64,000 nt of DNA, taken from NCBI RefSeq assembly GCF_028641065.1, contig NC_073380.1:79484001-79548000 (forward strand), in the 5' to 3' direction. This DNA is from Leucoraja erinacea (taxonomy: Eukaryota). The notes under the pieces were generated by a model that worked only from the letters and a program-made list of their open reading frames with translations, searched no databases and was not told where the DNA came from. Below, piece after piece: positions 38,881 to 52,537 of this stretch (position 1 is the stretch's first letter; every line of letters begins with the position of its first letter). The translations under genes and the position numbers were made by a program.

Positions 38881-39670
38881 CAGGTATTTTGGGCCGAGAC
38901 CCTTGTGCTCTCCCTCATTTTAGAGTATTCTATGCTGCCTTATCCAAATCAACCATTTGGCCCAATATTATGATCTGTTTTTATATGTGACACTGAAACG
39001 TAAAAATGAATCATGCTCTCCATATTTCATTAGGATTTCAACATTTTAACATCAATTGCATTGACTAAAAAATGGCAATTATTGCAATTTCCCCTTTTAA
39101 GAATTTCTGTTCCACAAGTGACAGGGCAGGTAAGCAGCCTCAAAGGCTTCGTAAAGTGGGAAACTGGAACTTCAAATTCAGAAAATCCAGAAGGTGTCTA
39201 TAATTGTTTTACCTTCCTTATCACGTGTCTTAATATTACACCCTGCAGTTGATATTAGAAGTGTTACGCGGTACAATTTTGTTTCCTTTCATTTTTTAAT
39301 GCCTTTTTCCAAAAATGTTACAGGAAATGTCAAAAAAATGAATGCAATCAGAAACAGAAGCTATACTTTGCACTTCACAAGTTCTAACTTGCAAATGCTA
39401 ATCCCAGGTAAGTATTATATGATTGCATCTCAGTAATCGAGCGACATGAGGAATCAGCTAGGTTTGAACCAGTCAACATTACGTAAAGTTAGCCTGCAAC
39501 TTTTAGAACTGCACCATGACTGTGAAAGGCACCAGCAGATATATCCTGTAACTTAGTTTGACCTGGGAAATAGTGAATAGCACCACAACAAAGAACAAGA
39601 GGCAAGATTTTTCACTTCTGCATTAAAGCCCTTTGTGCAATAGATGGTAACAAGGAGAAATGTGATTGAT

Positions 39671-40205
39671 AAAATACATCTCTTGATGCTCCTGAACACA
39701 TCATCAGTGATGTAACCTGGGGTCATTGGGCGTTTCAGGTATTTCAACATCAGACACCCTGATCAGACCACGACTTGTGTTCAGGTGGCATTCGCTCCTC
39801 CCCATGGACCTCTCCTGATCCAGAGCCATCTCGAGGCCTTCTCCGCTTCCTCTGTGGTGTTCTTGATGGCTCTTCTCCTCGCCACTCCGTTGATGCCCAG
39901 TGCACTCAAGGCTTTGTAGAGCGATTGCCCTGCAAAACCTCTGCACCCAACCTCGATGAGGGTACACCTTGCCTTCCAGCCCTGCTTTCGGCAGTCTATG
40001 ACCAGCTCTTTTTACTTGGTCATCTTCCTCTCGTGGGCCTCCTCCAGACGGTCCTCCCACGGCACTGTCAGTTCCAACAAGACGATGTTTTTGGTCGCCT
40101 CTGAGCCCAGGAGGATGTCTGGTCGTGGCAATGTACTGTGGGAACTTCAGCTGTTTCACCAGGTCTACAGAAAGCTGCCAGTCCTGCGCAGTCACCAGGA
40201 TTCCT
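39671..40205 (-). mobile_element. HERO/NeSL-like non-LTR element 3' end (restriction-like endonuclease domain)
   Basis: Reverse frames give RPDI..IVLLELTVPWEDRLEEAHERKMTK..IEVGCRGFAGQSL..EKASRWLWIRR, followed by a 3' UTR shared with 54813-54960. Confidence 0.8.
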
Positions 40206-40569
40206 GACTGATTCCAGGCTGCTATGTTTTTCTCAACAAAGATCCCGACACCCTCCCGTCAAATATTCATAAAAGTGTGGAAATTGATGTCACATCCCAA
40301 AGACCTGGATGCCAGACTTCACCCGCAGAGTGAAGGTGAATGAGTTCCCTTATTTGGACAACTGGATCATTGACATCACAGTTACCTGTTAACCAGAATT
40401 CATACCCAAGATTCTTTGGATTACTTCCCTATTGCATATTTAACACAACTGTAAGTGTCATACTTACATCACACCACTCACAATTATCAGGCACACTATT
40501 CACGACTCACATACGTATTTGCTATCTCTTACAATACAAGGTGGCCCCTTATTATTGGCAGCAGTCGTA

Positions 40570-40925
40570 GAGTGATAAAGTGTGGAAACAGGCCCTTCAG
40601 CCCAACTTGCCCACACCGGCCAACATGTCCCAGCCACAGTAGTCCAACCTGTCTGCATTTGGCCCATATCCCTCCAAACCTGTCATATACATGTACCTGT
40701 CTAATGGTTTCTTAAATATTGGGATAGTCCCTGTCTCAACTTCCACCTCTGGCAGCTTGTTCCATACACCCACCACCCTTTGTGTAAAAAAGTTCCTATT
40801 AAATCTTTTTCCCTGCACCTTAAACCTCTGTCCTCTGGTCCTCGATTCACCTACTCTGGGCAAGAGACTCTGTGCATCTACCCGATCTATTCCTCTCATG
40901 ATTTTTTACACCTTAATAAGATCAC
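40570..40925 (-). mobile_element. CR1 3' fragment
   Basis: ORF 40597-40899: SRTRG, FFTQRVVGVWNKLP. Confidence 0.88.
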
Positions 40926-41861
40926 CTAACATAGGATGCTAAAGTAATGGCATAGAAGGGACAACTTTTATGATAATTAGTACAGACATCAGAGTATCTT
41001 TGGCTAATAACAAGAATGAAATCATGAAATGATCTTCACATGTAATTCTCTTTTTGTCACCCCTTTCATACTCCACTCCCCCAACCCCACGTCCTAGAAA
41101 CATATCTAATGAACAAACAGCAAATATTTAAAACTAATTCAAAACATTTTAGAAACTTGTTAATGTTGCCAAATACAGCATTTTTCCCCAACCATAAATG
41201 CCCTAAAGATGAGGACGTGAGCTATGTTCTCGAACTACTGCACTCGTTTTAAACTGCTCTCATATTGGTCCCAAAAGTTAGACTCACTTATGACAAAGGA
41301 CTGGCGATATAATTCCAAATCGTGAGATTGTGTAACGTGGACGGAAATCTACAGGTACTGGCATTTCTGTACATCTGCAACCCTCATTCTTCTACATGGC
41401 ATATGGTGTGTAATTGGGAGCTGCTCTCAGAGTATCTTGGTCAAGTAACTGAAGTTCACCTTATGGCTGGTGCACCAATGGTGGATGCAATGAATATTAG
41501 CGGTGATCAGGAACCAGTGAAGCAGGTGACTTTCTCCTGGATGGAGGCCAAGTCAATGGATATTTTTGGCAGAGGTAGATAGATTCTTGATTAGTAGGGG
41601 TGTCAGGGGTTATGGGGAGAAGGCGGGAGAATGAGGTTAAGAGGGAGAGGTAGATCAGCCATATTTGAATGGTGGAGTAGATGATGGGCCGAATGGCCTT
41701 ATTCTGTTCCTATCACTTATGGACTTATGAGCCAAGTTTCTTGCGAGATGATGGAGTTGCACTTGTCCACGCATGCAGAGTGTATTCTGACTTGTGAATG
41801 GCATTGAGGCTGAGGAGTATCAGGTGCCAACTTGGTTGTCATAGATACGCAGCCATTTGAT

Positions 41862-42369
41862 CCATAGATGCTGCCTCACCCGCTCCATTGATGCTGCCTC
41901 ACCCGCTGAGTTCTCCAGCAGTGAGACCAAGCGCAGGCTTGGCGATCGCTTCGCCCAACACCTCTGCTCAGTTCGCAATAACCAACCTGATCTCCCTGTG
42001 GCTCAGCACTTCAACTCCACCTCCCATTCCGAATCCGACCTTTCTGGCCTGGGCCTCCTCCATGGCCAGAGTGAGGCCCACCGCAAATTGGAGGAGCAGC
42101 ACCTCATATTTCGCTTGGGTAGTTAACACCCCAGCGGTATGAATATTGGCTTTTCCAATTTCAGGTAGTCCTTGCTTTCTCCTTCTTTCCCCGAGCCTTC
42201 CCAGCTCTCCCACAGCCCACTGTCTCCGCCTCTTCCTTTCTTCTTCTCCACCCCCCCCCAGCCCAACACACATCAGTCTGAAGAAGGGTCTCGACCCGAA
42301 ACGTCGCATATTTCCTTCGCTCCATAGATGCTGCCTTACCCACTGAGTTTCTCCAGCATTTCTGTCTAC
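41862..42369 (+). mobile_element. Truncated Penelope-like element: partial tail copies, GIY-YIG C-terminus, UTR, hammerhead core, tail
   Basis: ETKRRLGDRFAQH..PVAQHFN..RKLEEQHLIFRLGS. 12-bp TSD cagcc(a/g)tttgat (41850-41861 and 42370-42381). Confidence 0.88.
42278..42305 (+). ncRNA. Minimal hammerhead ribozyme motif (Penelope type)
   Basis: CUGAAGA, stem II gggtc-tc-gaccc, GAAA, palindromic ACGU, then the UC cleavage site. Activity untested. Confidence 0.65.
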
Positions 42370-43074
42370 CAGCCGTTTGATTTGATGCGAGAGGCTTTAT
42401 GGTCTTATTTAAACAACTTCATAATGCTTACAATTTTCTTCCATTTAACCTCAATTTAATTCTTACTTTTCTTCATTAACTATCTTAGAACGCATTACTT
42501 GTGTGTTTTTACTAGTATATACGCCTGGTTTACTTTTTAGGTATCCCACCCAGAGCCCAAAATAATTAGTAGCAGATGCTGCAACGAATTGGCTATAGCA
42601 AATGTCAGTGGGCCTTTTCAAAGTTCTCTAGTGTACTCGAATTGTAACTTGAGAAAGGCCCAGGGTTTCTTTGTAGGCAGCATTTCATGTGCAGTTGTGA
42701 GCACTGATCGGAAACGAATCAACAAAGTGAAGTTTACCGGAATATCATAAACAACAGGCGTCAAAGGCTTCTTTTGTCCAAACTAAATCATTGGAGTCCT
42801 AATACACTTCCAGCCAATGAATATTTGCGTGTTTTTTTAAGGCTACTTTATAATACATGGAACTAATTAGCGTTTTACGTTTCTATTGACAGTTATATTG
42901 GCATGGGGATCGAAGCTATCAGATGTTATCATGAACTCTCTTCTCCAGTAGGTCCTTTCATAGAGTTTTTTTCTAGTGGGTTAGCATATCACCATTAGTT
43001 TTACAAATCTATTATAACCTTCGTGGTTCTGCTTTTGCTTATTATTATACACTGTTCAAACGGGTTAGTGCCAA

Positions 43075-43277
43075 GAAAATGTAGAAGGAAATGCAATGCT
43101 GGTTTAAACCGAAGATAGACACAAAATGTTGGAGTAACTCAGCTGGTCAGACAGCATCTCTGGAGAGAAGGAATGGGTGTCGTTTGAAGAAGGGTCGCGA
43201 CCCGAAACGTTACCTATTTCTTTTCTCCAGAGATGCAGTCTGACCCGCTGAGTTACTCCAGCTTTTTGTGTCTATCT
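43075..43277. mobile_element. Penelope-derived palindrome
   Basis: 10-bp TSD ttagtgccaa (43065-43074 and 43278-43287); inverted arms. Confidence 0.8.
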
Positions 43278-44440
43278 TTAGTGCCAAATTATGTATTTTC
43301 AACCTAGAATCAAAGTCCCTGAACTATGTTAATACTTAGAGGTGTATTTAGATTTTGTGGGCACCAGGAATTCCCAATAGCTTGAAAGATCATGTGGCGA
43401 TTGTGGGGTGTGCAATTCTGCTCGATGTTCTGGCAGCGATCTTCTCCAGTAGAGTATTTTTTTCTACTGTTTTGCATGCCCTTTTTGCTTCCTTCATTTG
43501 GGATTTACATTATGTATCTCTGTGGGTTGACAACCACTACAGTTCCTGGTAATTGTAAACAGCAATTCCATAACGTGAAACTGGTCAGCTATTTGGAGAT
43601 TGGAGTGGGATTATAAAAAGCGTACTGCGTGCAGCTATCAAGGTATTTGTATTTTTTTTTTAAATGGTCCAGGCGGCGCATTCTACTCAAGTTCTACTGT
43701 TTCAGTTCCGCCAACGATATTGTACCCGATTGCCACTTTCAGGGTTGAGATCTGATGGTTTATACTCTGTGCACATGGCCACCAGTCGATAGGACTCTCC
43801 CGAGGGACATTGGTTCCTTTCCTCTCCACGAAACGCAACCATCGTTCACACTTTGTCACGTTTAACTACATCCGCTTCTCACGCCCTTGTCATTAATGGG
43901 GAGTGAAAATAAAGTTAATTAAAAGCGAATCAATTCCTTCTCCATGGGGCCATGGCAAAGATCTGCGTGTATCCAAGGCACTGTTGGACCACGGTCCCCC
44001 TAAAGAAGTCAGATTTTGAAATCCACATCTGGATTTCGCTGCCTTACTTTTTCGTGGTGTTTAAATTACACCGCTATTACTAATCAGCGCTCACTTTGGT
44101 AGCACCAGTCTGCAGGCACGAAACGCCAACACTCACTTTGATAGCACCACGCACTAAACGCGCTTTGGCAAAAATAAATAACTGAAAACATCAGAATATA
44201 TAAATATTAAAACACTTGTATTTCTTTTTCTATTTTGAACTCAAAATAGTTGTCATGATTGAATAAATATTCTGGTTCATGGAGTGAAAATTTCCCATAA
44301 AGTTTTCATTGCAAAGATTGATTTAAAGAGCTGACAGGAAGAGGAGTGTCCAGAATATTTAAATGCAGCACTCAACACTCATCAACATTTCAAACCAGCT
44401 GAACGCAAAATAAATGTTACAAATGCAGCGACTACCGTAC

Positions 44441-44461
44441 CAGTTGCTTCCTGATAACCAT
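44441..44461 (-). CDS. ENPP2: Candidate distal alternative first coding exon of ENPP2 (MVIRKQL)
   Basis: Strong Kozak context acaATGG, 21 nt, phase-0 donor CTG|gtacgg compatible with exon 2. Lies in a repeat-free, CpG-enriched block (about 43600-44880). Confidence 0.55.
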
Positions 44462-44890
44462 TGTTCTCCAGAGGGTGGAAATCGCCCGTCTTTCTTCTGT
44501 TTACTCAGTTCGAGCTGATTTCATGCATACAATGTGCTAATACCAGTTCACTCCAGTTGTTAGTTGCGGGCACTGGTTCAAACCTCGGACACTCTGTGCT
44601 TATTTGTCTCTGACGTTTGTTTTCCCACTCTCGCCCTGGCTTTATCTGTGTTGATGAATTAACAGTGGCAGCAGGCTTTGAGGACAATGGGTGCACTGCG
44701 GAGGTGGCCTTCAAACTAGGCTGCTAGTACAAACTCCCACGCCGATGAGCTGGCTGATCTTCAACATCGAGAGCCAAGTGAGCAAAGACCTTCACTTCAT
44801 CTTATGAATAGGGTTCAAACACATCTTCATTCAATAAAACGTTCCTGCACACAATGCTATTTGGACGATTCCAAACTCCATGTAGTATTT

Positions 44891-45100
44891 AGACACAAAA
44901 AGCTGGAGTAACTCAGCAGGATAGGCAGCATCTCTTGAAAGAAGGAATAGATGACGTTGCAGGTCGAGACACTTCTTCTTCAACCCAAAACATCACCCAC
45001 TCCTTCTCCCCAGAGATGCTGCCTGTCTCGCTGAGTTACTCCAGCCTTTTGTGTCTATCTTCCAATTAAACCAGGATCTGCAGTTCCTTTTTACACACTG
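44891..45100. mobile_element. Penelope-derived palindrome
   Basis: 12-bp TSD catgtagtattt (44879-44890 and 45101-45112); inverted arms. Confidence 0.82.
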
Positions 45101-47264
45101 CATGTAGTATTTCCATAGGTTTATTTTCCAGTATGGGATAAACAATTAGAACAGTAGCAATCGTGTCATTGGATGCATTTCGAATATTAAAAACCATACT
45201 TTAGATTCCTGTCATCTATTTTTCGTTTAAAAAAAAGGAATAAATAGCCCTGACCTATTTATCATGTCAACTGTTTGGCATTTATCATTAGTATCCCTCA
45301 CATTTCACCAAACCCTTTGTTTATACTGATTTAGCCATTGAACATTTAATATAGTCTGTTGACACTTGGCAGAATATGGCCAATTGGTATAACTCAATGT
45401 TGGTGTTCTTTATATGTTCCTCACATTACATTCTGTCTCTCCAAACTGTTTCTCATAACAAATTATACAAAATTGAATAATCCAAACAGCTACCTTAAAT
45501 TATCAAAAAGCTTGCAATGATTTCAAATAAATGAACAATTGTCTAAGTATAACTCTTAGAAATTCAATGTAACTGGTAGAAATTCAATCATTAGACATTC
45601 AATTAATTTAAAGTTGAAAATTGCTATTTGCTGTTGGGAGTTTAGGTTAAACACAACTCCCCTGTACCACCAGTTGGCTTGTCCTTTACTTTTTTCATGA
45701 AGAACTTATTGGATACTCTAAGAAATTACAAGAATTCAGTCCAAACATAAAGTAGTTCAGTTCACTCAAGAATGACCTCAACTTGATGGCCATCTAGCCA
45801 TTTTCACCTCATCCACAGGAAAGACTGTTTCTGGAATGATTTTTGTAAAATATCGAATACGCTCCAATTCTGAACGTCCTGATAAGATATTCTTTAAAAT
45901 GAAAAGTGTCAGATTCTATCACCCCTATATTCCCAGTGTACCTCTTCTATACTATATGTGGTGTGAAGCAATAGGCGCATATATGGGAGGCTCATATAAT
46001 GCTTAAGAATAATATTCCATGTAAGTTATTCCATAGCTAACTGCTCCACTGGGCTAAGCACCATGATATATGAACCATGTACATTTTTTAATAAATAAGA
46101 TTAGACAGTTTGTAACTATTTTCACATCTAATTTGGACATAATTCCGAGAGGGACTTGCATGTTTAAAAAAAAGAAAAAAAAAGTAACTGACAAGCAAAA
46201 CAATGTGTGGTTTGAGAAATTCTGATACTAAAGGTAATATATTTGGGACATTAGTCCCAAGCATTTGACAAAAACTAAAAGTTTAAAACCAAATGGAAAG
46301 CAAGTTATTAATTGCCCCCATTCATGATCTGGTAGAGGAACATCAGCAAATAATTAATGGATGTAACTTATCAGTTGCTTTGTTTGACCAGCATGCAGCC
46401 TACTTACAGTAACTAACCAATATCTTCACCATACGTCACCGTCTGACCTGCCAGATCCCTGGCATTCAACTTGTCCTAGTTCTTTAGGAGCAAGACAATT
46501 TTCTCACTTCTATTAAATCATATTTATTTCCCAATGCAAAATCTGCAAGAAATACATTTCAAATATTACAATGTGTGTTGTTGTGAGTTCTTCTTTATGA
46601 CGATGAAAATATGATGTTGAAAATAACTTCATTCATACAAAAGAACAATATGGTGCATATTCATCTAAATGTGCTCAGGAGAAATACTGATTTGCTCATC
46701 CTTCACATATATTAACATCAATTGATATACATTTCCAGTTACTATCTGTTGGTAAGCAATATTTCTGTATTTAAACCACACACCACTGGTGCAACAATTC
46801 CCCATTACCCCTTGAATGAGAAAAAGTACTGTCTACGTTTTCCATTAACTAACGTCTCAAAATACTTCAGATCTCATTCAAATCCAAATGCATGTTAATT
46901 CATAATTTTACATGGCAATTAATCATCTCAATTTGTAACAATAATCTTTATTGAATGCTTCCTGTCCATAAGTGAAAATCTATACAATCATGTTCAACGT
47001 GAGTTTGATCACATCGGTGAATAATTTGACCAGGAATTGGTTGCACAAAATAGAAGTTAAGAATGCAAATTTTGTCAGATGAGCTCAAATTGTCCAATTT
47101 TGTCAATAATCATAAACAGATGATTCTTCAACACAACGAAGCAATGTAACAAGGCAAGATGGAGTTGCCTGAAACACAACATTGTTTTAATATGTCCACA
47201 TTTGATGCAAAGTTACTTCATGTGCAAGTACCATACCCATGAGAAGAAATCCCCATGAGAAGAA

Positions 47265-48075
47265 ATATAGAAGTGAGATCGACCGATTGACCAAATGGTG
47301 CCAGCACAATAAACTGGCTCTCAACACCAGCAAAACCAAGGAACTGATTGTGGACTTTTGAAAGGGTAGGATAGGGACCCACAATTCCATTTATATCAAC
47401 ATGACAATGGTGAAAAAGGCCAAGAACTTCAAATTCCTGGGCGTGCATATTCCCAAAGATCTTTCCCAGCACTGATGCAATTGTAAAGAGAGCACATCAG
47501 CGCCTCTACTTCCTGAGAAGATTACGGAGAGTCGGTATTTCAAAGAGGACTCTCTCGAACTTCTACAGGTGCACTGTAGAGAGCATGCTGACTGGTTGCA
47601 TCGTGGCTTGGTTCGGCAACTTGAGCGTCCAGGAGCGGAAAAGAATGCAGAAAGTTGTGACCACTGCCCAGTCCATCATCGGCTCTGACCTCCCCATCAT
47701 TGAAGGGATCTATCACAGTCGCTGCCTCAAAATGGCTGCCAGCATCATCAAGGACCCACACCATCCTAGCCACACACTCATCTCTCCGCTGCCATCAGAT
47801 AGAAGGTACAGGAGCCTGAAATCTGTTACATCCAGGTTCAGGAACAGCTGCTTCTCCACAGCCATCAGGCTATGAAACTCGCCACCAAACAAATTCTGAA
47901 CTATAACAGCCTATTGCACTTTATCTGTTTATTTATGTGTATATATATGGTCTATGCTATGTAGACACACTGAACTGTTCTATATTTATGCTTACAATAC
48001 CCTGTTGTGCCGCAGCAAGTAAGAATTTATATGTCCTATCTGGGTCACATGACAATAAACTCTCTTGACTTGACA
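47265..48075 (+). mobile_element. Rex1/Babar-like 3' fragment
   Basis: [34 protein letters not shown], gacaataaa and cttgacttgac tail. Confidence 0.87.
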
Positions 48076-49959
48076 ACTTCCAGTGATGTTCCTTGCAAAT
48101 TGCTAAAGTATCCAAATACCTAATTAAATACTGCTATATAAAAACACTTACTGTAACAAGATTCACATGACAAGATGGTTATATTTATTAATCGTCTGAA
48201 AAAATATATGACTTGATGCTTATGCTAACAATACCTCACAAAGATGTTTAAACTGAACCTATGAGCCACTTTAAAATGCCCAAGAGCTCAGTTAACTATT
48301 GGTTCCCATAATCAGCATTCCCTCTGGTATCATGTTCGCCAGGGTCATTGTGTGCCGAAGAGTCTGTTCCTGTGCTGTACGGTTCTATGTTCTGTATCCA
48401 TCTAACCACTCTATATTAAACACAACGCCTAATGTAACTGAAATGACTACCAACATTTTCAGTTGAATTTATCAAAGATGCTAAATTGCAAGATTAATGG
48501 ATGCTTGGTAGAAGAAACCTCGACTGCTGCAACTTACCACAATGACTGTTTATTTTATACTGTCAACTGGTTCCATATGTTTTCCCATAAATGAAATTTT
48601 AAACTAATGGGAGATATCAAATCTCTGAACCTCCCATTCTGTCCAATTAGAGATTATTGCTCAAGCCCTTTCAGCAAAAAGAAACATATTCACTATTCCT
48701 ATGTTTTTCTGCACTTGGTATAAAAACAGGAATCACTTACTTGCTGACTGGCTCGTGGAATAGCCAAGTTTGCAGTTCTGGTTCTCAATATTTGCCTGAC
48801 ACGCTCCGGTAAATAATGTCGTAAACTCTTAACTGCATGTTTCCTTCCTGTCTGCATGTATCAATGTAACATTTAATTTACACAGAATTTATACACAATT
48901 TTGCCTTAAAGTATAATTCAGATTTCATATTAAGGGTTTCTTCAATGCTAACGAGACAGAAGGGGGACTGTTAAAAAGTCTTTCACCGCTGTTAAACACA
49001 TTTATCCTCATTCGATTTCTGAGCTACTTTCCTGCTCCATCATTTTAAATATATCCCACTATTCCCACTTTCACATAACCAGGATCCAGGCTAGAACTGG
49101 TCGTGGTTGCGAGATTTGACATAGGTTTCATTGCAGTCATTTCCTTCGGAACATTTGCACTGTATACGTTTAGTAAAACACAATTGAATATAATGCCTCT
49201 AAATCTAAACAATTTAGAAAAGTGCTGTTGCACTGCAAACAGGATGCTTGGCTAAGTGATGAAATAAACATTGACCTTTGGGACTGCATTGGAGAACCCA
49301 TAATGATCAAGAACAGAATGAAAACAGATAATGTGTTTGTTTAGCTTTTAAGTTTTAGTGGTGCCAGAAAAGTATATTTGGTGCAATGCTAATCCTTTTT
49401 TTTAAATAAAAATAATAAGATGATCGTGTGGGCAATTTAATAAAGGCTAAGAGCTTCAAGATTGGTCCCTGACTAATGCTTTACAATAGGGATTTATAAT
49501 TTTATGGTTTAAAACAGAAAAACTTCAACTTTGATGGCAGCAACTGGAACAGTGACTGTTTTGGCTCAGCTCTAACAGTTCATTCAATGGTCACAATTTT
49601 GCATTGAATTGATGATATCCTATCACACTGAGAACATCCCATTCAGATAATGTGTAGCTATGACAACTGCTGCCATTATAAGTAATTATTATCCAGCGTT
49701 TTAAGTCATTCCACCACATGGTGTGGCACTGAGCTTATTCAGAATAAATTTGGATTTCAGATTAGATGGCCATGAAAAGTAGCCAGAATTGAGCACAACA
49801 ACAAAATGAGAAAAAGTCAGTTCTGTTACTGATCATTACTGATACATGAAGGATACAATTGGATGTTATTAGAACATAACACCAAAGTGATTATTGATTA
49901 AGCTCATAAACTGCTGAAAAGCTGTACATATCTTGACACCAAACATCAGTAAGAGCCTT

Positions 49960-51200
49960 AGAGAATCTCAGAAGTGATTCATGAGAATAATGCCAAGGGT
50001 GAAGTGCTTGAACTGTGTGGAGAGATGAGAGAAACTGGGTTTGCTTCCTTCTAGAGGTTCAGGAAAGATATCATAGAGATGCTTAAAATTATGAACGGTG
50101 TTAATACAGTGAAAAAGCAACTTTCCAGTGATTTGAAAATATGATAAAAGCAAATGGAATAATAACTTACAACAGTGAATTGGAAAATCTCAGAAAAGGA
50201 AGATGAGGAAAGGAGAGACTGACAAACAAATTGCATTTTTTGACCATTTAACTAAGAGCGATATTGGGGCAGATCCAATAAACATGGTGTATCTGGACTT
50301 TCAAGGTCCCATATGAGAGATTAGTGTACAAAAGTAAAACGCAGCATATTGGAAGTAATGTACTGTCATGGATAGAGAGCTGGTTGACATAAACTAAACA
50401 AAGAGTAGGAACAAATGCATCCTTTTCCAAGTTGCAGACGGGGAATAGTGAGGCAATGTTGGGCTCTGTACAAGGACCTCAGCTATTTTTACAATATATA
50501 TATTACTGATTTACATGATTTAGGAGTTTGCCAACAACACAAAGCTGGAAGTGTGAGCTGTGAGGAAGTTAAAGAGAAACACCAAAATGTATAGGACAAG
50601 TTGAGTGAGAGGAAGATGCAATTTAATGTGAGGTTATTCACATTCGTGGCAAAAGCAGGATAGAAGAGGGACTGATTAGTGAGGGATGAGGAAAGAGGGA
50701 GCATCAACAACATCTGGGTGTCCTTGTGCAAGTCAGTGAATGCAAGCAGTAAGGTACAACAAGCAATTAGTTAAGAAGGCAAATGGCATGTTGATCATCA
50801 CAGCCAAAATAACTAAAAACAGGAACAGGAATTTTACAGGGCCTTGGTGGGACCTTGGTTGGGTACTGGGCACAATGTTGTCTCCTTGTTGCGGGAAGCT
50901 GTGGAGAAAGTATGACTTGGGACAAATAGGCTGACATTTGCAAGCATTCAAAAGAATTATGATACCTCACTGAAACTTATAAGATCTTTATGGGACTGAG
51001 CAGGCAAGATTTCGGACATATATTCCTAATGATCGGGAGCTCAGAATAAATGGTGACTTGATTAAGCCATTAAAGACTACAGAAGATACTAGATAAGCCA
51101 GTTAAGACAGAAGAGAAACATCTCCATCTAAAGAATGGTAAGCCTTTGAAATTCCCTATACAAAAGGAAGTTGTACAAATCATTAAATATATTTAAGGAG
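49960..51200 (+). mobile_element. Highly decayed CR1 fragments
   Basis: gtgtatctggactttcaagg, gttaagaaggcaaatggcatgttg and actgaaacttataagatctt remnants. Confidence 0.65.
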
Positions 51201-51572
51201 TTATATATAGTGCTGAAGATAGACACACAAAGCTGGAGTAAACCAGCGGGTCAGAAAGCATCTCTGGAGAAAAGGAATAGGTAACATCACCTACATAACA
51301 TCACCCGCTGTTTCTCCTGCATTTTGTCTATATATTTGATGTAACCAGCATCTGCTGTTCCTTCCTACTCACATTCAGTTGTACAAGCTTGTTATAGATG
51401 GTGTTGGTGTTGATGGTGTTGATCATTTACAAATCAGCTATCACTTATTAATGCTATTTTAGCTGATATGTATGTTGTTTCTCTTCTCAGTCTTAAGTGG
51501 CTTATCTAGTATCCTTAGCCAGTCTTAAATGGCTTATCGTCACCATTTAATCTCTGAAGGGAAGGAATAGGT

Positions 51573-51600
51573 GACGTTTCGGGTCGAGACCCTTCTTCAG
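51573..51600 (-). ncRNA. Minimal hammerhead ribozyme motif (Penelope type)
   Basis: Reverse complement ctgaagaagggtctcgacccgaaacgtc, identical to 42278-42305. Confidence 0.6.
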
Positions 51601-52537
51601 CTCTTTTCAATGCCTCAGCCATAACAATTTGAATTCTTGCATCTTCCACCTTGCATTCTGATGGCATATTCTGGTATCGCAGAAAGTGAACTAATAGTTG
51701 GGATGCTGTTCCTAAAGCTTATATTGGACTATGTTTCCACCATTCAGGGAACTAAAAATTTCTCCCAGGACAAGATATAATTCACTTGCCCTTTCTCCAA
51801 TTTAATAGCAACTCAAATTTCACGACACCAATTGGTGTACGTGTCAATAAATGTCCTTTGTCCTTTGTACTCAATGCTCAAACTGTAGGGAAACCTAGTG
51901 CAGATTGAGTGATTATTTGAGAAATAATTTTCATTCAGTTCCAAAGGGTTGTCCCTGAACTTCCGTTTGCCTGTCACTTTAATTCTCCATTCTATTTTAT
52001 CTTTTCGACCGTACAAACAATCTAACCTGACCATGAGGTATATTATAACCCTCAAGACTCAACAACGAGATCAACAATGGCAAGTAACAAGCCTACCTAC
52101 GCAGTTTTCTTTAGCAACCTGAATATTCTGATAAATCAGCGACCTGTAACGTTGGATGTAGACATTATATAGCACCAATAATTAAGTAAAGAAAGTAAAC
52201 AAGGAAATAAGCACCAAATTTATGCAACATCCCTGTAATTTAACTTTCAAATCTTCAGAACAATTTGAATTAATCTGCACCCACAACCCAACACTAATCC
52301 TTCCTGATCAAAGAATAGCTTTCCCCCTTTACAAATATATTTTAAAGTGGTATGCCAAGGGGAGAAGACTATTGAAAAACATATAGGATCATTGAACTAA
52401 ACACAAAGTGCCGAGGAACTCAGGAAGTCAGGATGCTTACCTTAACAGCTTCAAAAGTGTTAAGTCAAGAGTGTTCAATTTTCAAATACACTGGGAACAG
52501 ACCAATGAGAGACATATTATTGCAACTTTATAACATA

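Noticed and set aside
39700-39765. CTGATG...GAAA and CTGATGA in the HERO-like 3' UTR as a hammerhead
   Set aside because: I could not assemble stem II and the core in a valid hammerhead topology.
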